Below the pieces are notes generated by a model. The model worked only from the letters and a program-made list of their open reading frames with translations, made no database searches and was not told where the DNA came from. The translations under genes were made by a program, and so were the position numbers. Below, in pieces: positions 26,803 through 37,145 of a stretch of DNA of 64,000 nucleotides. The stretch covers positions 22,320,001-22,384,000 of the forward strand of contig NC_043003.1 in assembly GCF_006345805.1 (NCBI RefSeq). Direction: 5' to 3'. The stretch's first letter is position 1, and every line of letters starts with the position of its first letter. Source of the DNA: Octopus sinensis. Its lineage: Eukaryota.

Positions 26803-27051
26803 ATATTCTGTTGTGTCTGGGGAGAGTCATTTTCTTTTTGTGCCTTATAATGTAACACACCCACCGGTAAAATTTCCACTTATTTCCTATTTTTATTTTC
26901 CTAAAATTTTCGTTGCGGCTTACAACCTTTTCAATAGTCTTGACTCTTGAAAAGGTTGCAAGAGGCAATGAAAATTTTAGGAAAATAAAAATAGGAAATA
27001 AGTGGAAATAAAGCACAAAAAGAAAATGACTCCCCAGACAAAACAGAATAT
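26803..27051. repeat. Spacerless fold-back palindrome centred on 26940/26941
   Basis: Arms pair from the centre (agtc-tt-gact) out to atattctg/cagaatat, with a roughly 30-nt insertion in the left arm. Confidence 0.9.
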
Positions 27052-27059
27052 TTTTTTTT

Positions 27060-27735
27060 AAAGGAAAGATGAAATAAAAGGTTTTGTGAGATGTGGTGAG
27101 ATAATTCATGGAATGAATTAGGCCATGTGAGATGAAATGTGATGTTTCTGTTGCAATGGAAATGGATTAGGCATGAGATGATGAGATGTAACGGGAATGG
27201 ATTTGGTGGATGAGATGTGTTGAGAAATGTGACAAAATAAGGTATGAAGAGAAGTTTGGTAAAGTATTGTGGCATGTGGAAAAATATGAAATGATGTGGT
27301 TTGTGGGAAAAGTGACAACTTGGTTATGGTGTGTGGCAGATGATGATAAAATGAAAATGATGTGGTGAGTGGAAAAAAGGAAATAAAAGGATTGGTGTTT
27401 GGGAAAAGGTGACGAAATGATGTGGTGTGTGGAAAATGTGATAATATATATTTTGTGATAAAATATGAAATACTGTGGAGCATGGGAGAGTGTGATAAAA
27501 TGATATGTGGGAAGAGGTGATAAAATGATGTGGTGTGTGGAAAAAGGGTAACAAAAGGAATGGTTTTTTGGGAAAAGGTGATGAAATGTGGTGTGTAGAA
27601 AATGTGATAAGATAATAGCGTGTGGAAAAATATAAAACCCATATAGTTTGTGGAAAAAGGTGAAAAATGATGTGGTGTGTGGAAAAAATGTTAAGAAAAT
27701 GTGATGCAGAGCAAAATGTGGTGTGTTGAGAAAGA
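27060..27735. repeat. Degenerate G/A/T-rich minisatellite (tgatgtggtgtgtggaaaa-type units)
   Basis: Recurrent tgatgtggtgtgtggaaaa and gtgataaaat motifs; C is nearly absent on the + strand. Confidence 0.8.
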
Positions 27736-30288
27736 ATGATAAAATGTAATGGCTGATTAACCCTTTATCTGTCTAAAGTATTTTCATCAGTTTGTCCTGA
27801 ATGTTTGTTCTTGTTTCATACGTTCCAAGTAACATAACGCTTTCCTTTCATAAGTCCCATGTAACTCTGACGATTGAAAAAACATTGGGAATATATAGCA
27901 TATATGAAGCATGGATGCCAGAGAGATATGTCCTCTGTGTCACATGTGGTACACAGGACAAGCAAAAGGTTAAAGTAGGAGTAAGTTGAAAGAGGTGATT
28001 AAAATGAGGGGGTCAAGGGGAGGCGAAACTGAGGTGTTGTTATAAAAGGAAATATGTGATAAACTGAGGTTAAAATGAAAGATATAATTGTTACAATTAT
28101 ACCTTTTAGCATTTAATGATAGAATCTGCAGGATATAGGACAAAATGATATAAGTGGTGATCCAAGAGGCTTCTGAGCATGGTTGTGTATATAGATCAGG
28201 TTCAAATTTGAACTAGCTGATCCAGCCTCACTGCACTTGTTTAATCATCCTTTGCATATCAACCTGCTTGAAACCACTCTTAGTTCTATGATGCATATTT
28301 TCCTTTTTACAAAGTATTTAAAGTGAGCTAAATTAAAACCTTCCATCAAAATTTTGTGTTAAGTTATGTTCCAAACACCAGCTTAATAATGACAGAATTT
28401 TTATAAATTCTTCATTATTTTTCAAAATAAACTGAATCAAATGGGATGTATTACATCAGAAATATGGTGCCAAAAGAGTTAAGCTCTGATTGAATTGACC
28501 ATAATCCCATTTATATTTATTTGCTATTTTTGTTTTGTAATATCCAAGGCCTCATTAACCAATATTCATTATTTTTATTTAAGCTGTTTGCTCTCTCTGT
28601 AATGTAGGTCATCGACAGCTTTTCTCTATTTGATTCTGGGCTGTTCTTAAGGTGTGGCCTATCCACTCTCACTTGCTCTCCCTGAGGGAAGGCCTCTCTC
28701 TCCTGGATCTTGTGGGTTTTGAATTGTCATCGATGCTTCTGTAACTTTGCTTTTTAGTAGGTAGGGCTGTTGGCCCTATGAAAACACATTTTTACTTTCG
28801 GAATGAGGTGGTTCAAATTCATCTGGCCTCTATCCATTGACCTGTCTGATGTGGGAGGTCCTGCCAAGATCTTGCACTACATTGGTACAGCTCTCTGGGT
28901 TCATCAATTCATTTAAGCTACCTCACTGCAACAAAGTTTGAACCTTGTGGTTGCACATTAACCAATATACCCCCTTACCTCATTTGTTTTTGTTTTTAGA
29001 TCCTAAGGTGTGATTTGGCTGCCATATCTAGTAGGCTGACTGGTTGTTTAGAAGTTTCCTTTGTTGGCTTGTTTTCAGTGAAATGCATGAGATGTAGTCA
29101 GCAAGGCCCACTCTGTATGGAGTTGAGGGAAGGGACAATGCTTTGCCAAAGTTACAATACATCAAACTATGATATTATTGTTTTCTCTTTCTTTCTTTCC
29201 TTCTTTCTCTTTGTCACTTTTGCTTTCCTTCCCCTCCCCCACTCTTGTCTATATTCTTTTCTCCCTCTGGTTCTGTCTTTGCATTACTTTTCATTCTTCT
29301 GTTAGTCTTTCTTCTTCTCTCTTCCACAAATGCATTTTCAGTATCGTTTTTTTGTTTCTCTTTCACTCTTCTTGCTCTCTCTTTCATTCTCTGTTTTCCT
29401 TTACTTCTCCCCTTTTCCCTCTCTGTCGCTTTGTCTCTTTCTTTTCTTCACACTCCCTCTTTGTCTCCTTTCTATCTCTTTTACACACTCCCTCTTCTTC
29501 TATATCCAATGCAGTTCTTGTCTTAGTTTTTGTATGTTCGAGATGAATATAGGGCTGTGTGTGTATGAGAGAGAGATCATGCATGTGTGTGTGTGTTATG
29601 GATGTCATTGTATATGTATGGATGTGTGTTATCAATGTGTGTGTATGTATATCAATGTCTTTGTGTATTGAAGATGTGTGTGTGTGCATATATATTTAAT
29701 GTGTTATAAATGCATGTATGTTTATATTGTAGGTGTATATTTGTGCATTACTGATGTATATGTCTGTGTTGTGGATGTATATACGATGGTGTTTGTCTTA
29801 TAGAAGAATGTGTGTGTGTATTCGTATATATCTGCATGTGTGTTAATGAGTCTAGGTATGTATGCATGTGTATATGTATATACGTTTTTTATGTTTTTCC
29901 TTATATGCTATTATGGTATTCACAATTTGTGTGAGTGTGTGTATTCATGCATATCTGCATGTGTGTTTATACAAGTGTCAGTATCTATGTATGCATGCCT
30001 ATGTTGTTTTTGTGCTTGTACAGTATTCATGCGTATATATGCTGGTCTGTGATCCATGTGTGTGTGTGTGTGTGTGTGTATACTGTGTATGTATGTATGT
30101 ATTCATACATATCTGCATGTGTTCATACAAGTCTGTATGTATGTTTGTGTGTATTTATGTATATCTGCATGTATGTTCATACAAGTCTGTATGTATGCAT
30201 ATATGTTGTCTGTGCTTGTATGGCATTCATGCGTGTATGTGTGTATATATATATATATATATGGGATCCATCTGTGTATGTATGTTTG

Positions 30289-30291
30289 TAT

Positions 30292-30358
<67 letters not shown>

Positions 30359-30361
30359 TTT
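30289..30361. repeat. (TTTA)n microsatellite
   Basis: Perfect tetranucleotide run. Confidence 0.98.
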
Positions 30362-31446
30362 GTATGTGTTTGTGCACAATGTGTGTGCACATCTCTACTT
30401 CTCCCCCACTCCAGACCATTCCATTCCACTTACTCAGAATCTCCTATTCCCATCCTTTATGACCTTTCTCCTCCAGGTCTACATTCCCCAACACATGCAC
30501 CTCACTGTCTCCACTCCAGCCTTCTTTCCCATTCTTCAATATCCAAGTACCTACCCCTCATAGCCTCTTCTACCTTCCACACTTCAGCTCATTCTCTTGG
30601 CATCACTTTAATTAAATTACATATTTCTCTGATATTTCCTTCACTTTTTGCACTAACACCAATGGTCAGTGGAGTTTTATTAAATTTTTTTTTTGTTGCT
30701 ATTTTTTCTTTTTTTAAAAGTTTTAACACATTGCTGATATTTTGTGATTTCTCTTTGCTTGTGGGGCTTATTATCATCATAATTATTATTATCATTGAAA
30801 TTGTTTTTGTTATTGCTATTTATTATCAGTATTTTGAGAAACGATTGTGATAATGTAAACATTATTATTTTATTTTATTTTAGAAACTATTATTATTATT
30901 ATTTTTATTATTATTTGCTCCTGATTTATTCTTGACAGCTGCTGTGTATTCTTACCATTGATTTTCTTCAACAGCCAATCAATGGCCACTGAATCAATCT
31001 AAGCATAAATGGATTAATTGGTCAAGAAAAAAACAAAACAAAAAAAAAACAAAACAAAAAAAATAAAACAAAAACAGACGAAACAAAACCAAACAAAAAT
31101 ACAACAAAAGTTAAACAAAAGCACCTTTCCCAAATATCAACATACTAACTATAATCATAATATCATAGCCATCAACATAATAATGGTAATCAATTTTACT
31201 GTACTGCCACCACTACCATCACTCATTATCACTGCCATCATCTTTTACATTACCATGACCACCACCACCAACAACAACAACATCAACAAAAATACAATAC
31301 TACTATAGTTGTAACCATCATCACCACCACTGCCACCGGTCATCATAATCATCATCATAACCAATGCTATCATGATTGTAATTGTAAGCACCACTGCTGC
31401 CACTACCACCACCACCACCACCACCCATCATAACCACTCCCATCAT

Positions 31447-31862
31447 TATTTCTTTATTGCCCACAAGGGGCTAAACATAGAGGGGACAAACAAGGACAGA
31501 CAAAGGGATTGTTGATTATATTGATCCCAGTGCATAACTGGTACTTAATTTATGGACTCCAAAAGGATGAAAGGCAAAGTTGACCTTTGGCGAAATTTTA
31601 ACTCAGAACGTAGTGGCAGACAAAATACCTATTTCTTTACTACCCACAAGGGGCTAAACACAGAGAGGACAAACAAGGACAGACAAATGGATTAAGTCGA
31701 TTATATCGACTCCAGTGTGTAACTGGTACTTATTTAATCGACTCTAAAAGGATGAAAGGCAAAGTCAACCTTGTCGGAATTTGAACTCAGAACGTAGCAG
31801 CAGACAAAATACCGCTAAGCATTTCACCCAGTGTGCTAACGTTTCTGCCAGCTTGCCGCCTT
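31447..31862 (-). mobile_element. SINE family A partial dimer
   Basis: A full copy (31862-31632) is joined directly to a second body that lacks the head; junction on + is aaaatacc|tatttctttac. Confidence 0.85.
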
Positions 31863-32413
31863 TCTCACCAACTCACTCCCATCATTACTGTTACTGCCAC
31901 CACTAACGTTTGTGTGATTTGCTAGAAATGGTAGCTGAATTCTCACAAATCCACAATCCTACTTACTACCTTGAAAGATGAAAGGAGACATTTGATAAAG
32001 AAGCCCTAGTTGTACAAAGAAAAAATGGTCATGGTTGAGAATAATTTTCGTTATAGATCTGCTTGGTTACAGTTGACTTGGGACCAAGTAACAACAACAA
32101 TAGTTTCATCATCATCATCATCATCACTACCACAGTCACTAGTCTGGTTTTTCCATGCTGGCATGGATTGGATTATTTTTCATGGCTCCCATAATCATGT
32201 GGACACAGCAACAGTGAAGACTGGCAACTTTTGTTGTTGGATACATCTTACAATGAAAGTTTAGTACTTTTTATAAGCTACTGGTAGCAGCAGATGTCCC
32301 ATGTAACTTAGGAGAACTAAAGGGCCATCCTCTACCATGTATCAGTTCTTATTCAGAGTTATGGCTCCTCCTTAGTTAGTCCATGACATGACAGTATGTT
32401 CCACTAGTATGTA

Positions 32414-33024
32414 CTATATTTTCTGGTTTATAATATGCATCAGTATTTAAGCCACAGGGCTGAATTTTTGGGGAAAATTTTGGTTTTATCTACACATTAA
32501 GCACACCGATGTTTAAAACTCACTGGTGTTCAAAGCACACTAGTGTTTAAAATGCATCGGTGTTTAAGGTGCACCTGTGTTTAAAGTGCACTGGTGTTTA
32601 AAAGACGTATAGAGCTATGGATCCACAGCTAGCTTTTTTGTTGTAGTGTATATAGTTTCAAAATGCCTTAACTATGAGATGTATTGTTATGATTTTATCT
32701 TACTATAATCAACAACAAACGCATTTTGTGAATATTTAAATCTTTATTAGATTAAAAATAACATTATCAAAACATGAAGGTTAAACAAAACAAATATGCT
32801 TTGTTTTCTTCAGGGCACCAATGTACTATAGCAGTAGTCTTTCACCTTGTTCACCGACCAACCTTTCCTCTGGAAAAAACCAGTGGAATCACTTGATCTC
32901 CATACACAAATTATTTTCCTCCAGAAACTTATAAAAAATACACACATTAGGTGCATCTTTCTATAAGCCACACACTTAATTTCCCAGGTAAAAAAAATAG
33001 CAGCTTATACACCAGAAAATATGG
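32414..33024. mobile_element. pogo/Tigger-type (Tc1/mariner superfamily) MITE with an internal 17-bp array
   Basis: TA at 32412-32413 and 33025-33026; ends ctatattttctggtttata / tatacaccagaaaatatgg form an imperfect TIR. Confidence 0.6.
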
Positions 33025-33458
33025 TACCACAGCTGGATATCCTACCTGTCATCCAACACTTTATAAAATATACTGGATATACTTTATTGTCCCATTAGCT
33101 CTAGAGCAGTTAATTCTCTGCTCTAATAAAGTTATTCAGTGTTACTGTCATTATAATCATTATTGGAGAAACATTCTTATGACAAAAACATAATTGTCAC
33201 CTGTATGTGCCCCAGCATGGCCGTAGTCTAATGACTAAAACGGGTAAAAGAGAAGATACTAAATACATGCATGCTGTTAGAAGGCATAATGCTGTGAAAT
33301 TTTTTTGAAATCAAATCTTTTCATAAATTTGTTGTGTTGAAGTATGACATAGTTGAGTGTAAAGCGCTTTATCACTGCAGTGATTCATAAGAATGGTAGA
33401 TTGTTTCACCTTTGTTGAAGCTTGTCTATGCCATGCACTCAATTTGTCACCTGCTAAA

Positions 33459-33634
33459 TCCTTTAGCATTTAAAATGGCCGTATCTGGTCTCTCACATCT
33501 GCCTACAGTGTCATTTTAAAAATGAACAGTCACACACCATCGAAATCTCAAAGCTACATGATGATACATAGTTAATTCAAAACAGTGTGAATAACTAAGC
33601 ATTGCATTTGGTAAAGTAATCTGAATGTTAAAGG
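33459..33634. mobile_element. piggyBac-type MITE, same family as 7735-8167
   Basis: tcctttagcattt ... gaatgttaaagg|ttaa; the interior is the reverse complement of the 7735 element (aaatctcaaagctac vs gttgctttgagattt). Confidence 0.6.
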
Positions 33635-34245
33635 TTAAATGAAATTTGTGCTTCAAAATAAAGAAAATGGTGAATAAAAACATTCACTGGTATTGTGGAA
33701 GTTTACCAAGCTGTAGAAAAAAACTTGGTGTACACTACCAAAATAGCTTTAAACTAAAATCACCATCTGCATATACTAAATGTACGCACATCATTAAAAG
33801 GCATGAAACAGTGGAATTATTGGAGATAAAAGTTTCTTTGTAGATTTGTTGTGTTAAAAACACTATGTATATCAGAACGAGAAAACATCCTTGCTCTAGT
33901 GATTTATGAGAAAGACTGACCTATTTTCACCTTTCTTGAGACTTGTCAGTGCTGTGCACCTGATAGTCACCTGCTTAAACGAAATTCGTACAATGCATGC
34001 ATTGATGTATATGCAGAGGAAATAGAATAAAACATTAGTGGAGGTGCATGGTTTAATGGTTAAGGTGTTGGGCTCATGATCATAAGATTGGCAAGACCAG
34101 GCAATGTTGTGTCACAAGGCCAAACATCCCTGAAAGTTTCATCTGAATCCATCCTGCAGTTCTTGAGGTATCTTGTCCACAGACAAACAAACATGACTGA
34201 AAACAATACCTCTGCCTTCGCTAAGGCAGAGGTAATAATAATATT

Positions 34246-34480
34246 CTGGAGGTGCATGGCTTAGTGGTTAGGGTGTTGCACTCATGATTGTTAGATTGTG
34301 GTTTCAATTCCTGGACTGAGTGATGCATTGTGTTCTTGAGCAAAACACTTCATTTTGTCTTGCTCCAGTCCACTCAGCTGGCAAAAATGAGTATTCCTGC
34401 AACAGACTGGTGACCTACCCAGGGGGGGAAAACATATACACCGCAAAAACCAGAAAACATGCCCTATAAGTCTATATGAC
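34246..34480 (+). mobile_element. tRNA-derived SINE family E/F
   Basis: ggaggtgcatggcttagtggttagggtg (A box), ggtttcaattcc (B box) and ccagtccactcagctgg core. Related copies at about 1850-2050, 8375-8535, 36820-37097, 43645-43800, 59455-59975 and 61235-61430. Confidence 0.75.
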
Positions 34481-35074
34481 TCAAGAAGGAGTTAGTGAAT
34501 AAAATATTCACTGATATTGCAGAAGTCTGCTAGAATTGCGTATACTGAAAGAAAAATCATATATTCTGGTTTAGGTTAGAACGTAAAAAACCCTGAGTCT
34601 GAGCCAAGTTAATAGTGGAAACTGTGACAAAAAGCTTAGCCTGAAATGTCAAGATTTTCATATCACCCCACCACCCAAAATCTGGCATACAAGCTTAACA
34701 AAATTTGTAAAGTTCACTAGACTGTGATATTTTGCAATGCAGGTTATTTCTCTGTGTTGCATGATGGTTTTCATCCTGACTGTTTTAGGGTCTGATTGAA
34801 GCGTCACCTTACTGTGTAGCTTGGCTGTGTCTTCTGTACTACATCTCTCCATGTGCACACAGATGCATGAGATTTGGGTGGATGAGTGTGCACAGATTTT
34901 AGATAAGTGGATACACTTCCTGTTGCTGTTAATTACTGTGTTACAGTGAGGCCATGTGCAATTATATTGCACACCACACAAAACAAACAAACGACAGTGG
35001 AATAATGAGGGAACCTCAATATTGTTGCTTGATCTGCTAAGAAGTGCAGCACAATTGCCCTCATATAACATTAA

Positions 35075-35294
35075 CCCTTTCGTTACTGTATTTATTTTGA
35101 GATGCTCTGTGTTTCTTTCAATTACTTTGAATATAACAAAGAATTTAGTAAAATAACTTAGTTATCATTAAGCTAGTGTTAGGAACATAGATTGTGACTA
35201 GGGTTTGGAGGAAGATTTTAATTCAAAACTTATGAAAACAAGACATTTGTACTCAGAGCCAGAGATGGTTTCAGCTGGGTTGGTAATGAAAGGG
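35075..35294 (+). mobile_element. piggyBac-type MITE (220 bp)
   Basis: TTAA target duplication at 35071-35074 and 35295-35298; TIR ccctttcgttac / gtaatgaaaggg (1 mismatch). Confidence 0.88.
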
Positions 35295-36184
35295 TTAAAA
35301 AGAGGGAGGTTTACATTAAACAAAGGAGTTGTAGCTACTTGTAAAAAGACAATGGTAACAGTTTGAATGCATTTAATCTTAAATTTCCACTCTCAGAGTT
35401 GCCTTAGGGCTAAACAATAGCAACAAGCATAAGTAGAGATGCCATCATTCCATATTAGTCTGGCTTTTATTCTTTGACCTGTCAAGTATAGGAATCTCTA
35501 CCAAGATTTTATTCTTTGTTGGCATGGCCGTCAGGGCCATCGATCCACACCAGCTTCCATACTGCAATGACTGCACCTATTTGTGGAAACCTCATTTAAG
35601 GCTCTCATTATTTGGGCTGATTTTTGTTTGGGTTACTGGACCTCTTAATTTAAGGGCTCCATCTTATTTTTCTTCTCTTGCCTCCTCTGTGACACAGTTT
35701 AGCAATTAGATATTTTTTTGGATAAATTCTCCGTTTGCCACCACCTCTTTCCACAAATGTATTGATTAACCCTGTTTTTCAACTGAAATTTCTATGACCT
35801 CTCTGTAAACCTTGTCTTCAGGTCATTGAATACCTTATTCACCTAAACTGGATGTTCTCATGGATAAATTATTCACAAAATAATTCAGTGTTTATTGTGT
35901 GAAGGAGCTGTTTGAATATGTTGGCAGATTTGATTTAATGAAATTCACAAAGTTGCAAATTATAATATACACCTGTAATAGAGAAGTATATAATTCTATA
36001 GATCAGGTAGTTTATTATATACACCTGTAATCATTCTGTATTGGGCAGTGTACTATAACAACCATTAGTAGAGAAGTTACTCCATAGAACATGTCATTCC
36101 ATAGGTACAATGAATGGTGGTGAAGTTGTCATTCTGTATAGAATGTGGTTTATTATACACTCATGGGATCATTGCAGCTAAGGT

Positions 36185-36380
36185 TCTCTTAGCTCTTATA
36201 TCCTCCAGTGCTGTCAGCACAATGGGCAACAAGCCTTCTCCAAATATCCTGTTTGTTTGCTTTCCCCTTAGCTCCACTCAGACCAACTCCCATCACTATC
36301 ATGTCATACGAGAACATACTGAGCTATGACTTTATTGGTTTTCCATTTGATTTTCGTCTTCCTTCTGGTGTCCACTCATC
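36185..36380 (-). mobile_element. RTE-clade LINE ORF2 C-terminal relic
   Basis: One frame reads EWTPEGRRKSNGKPIKS*LSMFSYDMIVMGVGLSGAKGKANKQDIWRRLVAHCADSTGGYKS*, matching the RTE WxPxGxRxRGRP...W...WRxLV pattern. Confidence 0.7.
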
Positions 36381-37092
36381 ATGATGGTAGCATTTCTCTC
36401 CTGTGGTAATTGAAGCACGTGGTCAGTCAATAAACCATATCTGCTAAGTACTAGCATTGATTTATTCACCTAAATACTTCAATGGCATGTCCCAGCATTG
36501 CCATAGTCCAATGACAGGAACAATTAAAAGATAAAAATCAATGGTAGAGTTGTAGTTATTCTATAGACATGGCTTAGTGGTTAAGGTGTTGCACTCATGA
36601 TTGCGAGATCATGGGTTCGATTCCCAGACTGGGCATTATATATATAAGATGTGGCTGTGTGGTAAGAAGCTTGCTTCTCAACCACATGGTTCCAGGTTCA
36701 GTTCCATTGCATGGAATCTTCAGTAAGTGTCTTCTACTAAAGCCTTGGGCCGACCAAAGCCTTGGTAGATGGAAACTGAAAAGGCCCATCGTGTGTGTAT
36801 ATATATATATATCACGGTGACTGACCAGTCTATCAGATGTTGCTACACATCGCTGGTCACAATGCACTTCACATTGTTTTAGCCTTCAAATGGCGCCACC
36901 CCGCTGGCTAAGTGAGCAGGCCAACAGAAGAGAGTGTGAGAGAAAGTTGTGACGAAAGAGTATAGCAGGGATCGCCACCAGCCCCTGCTGGAGCCTCGTG
37001 GAGCTTTAGGTGTTTTTGCTCAATAAACACTCACAACACCCGGTCTGGGAATTGAAACCACTATCCTACGGCCGCGAGTCCACTGGGCCATT

Positions 37093-37145
<53 letters not shown>

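Noticed and set aside
27775-27800. Other CTGATGA matches (27.8 kb, 9.08 kb, 17.6 kb, 52.2 kb) as hammerheads
   Set aside because: No downstream helix II or GAAA; the 7-mer is expected by chance and in (CAT)n tracts.
32498-32603. Repeat arrays (17 bp here, 24 bp at 51996) as CRISPR
   Set aside because: The units are contiguous with no unique spacers, there are no cas genes, and the context is eukaryotic.
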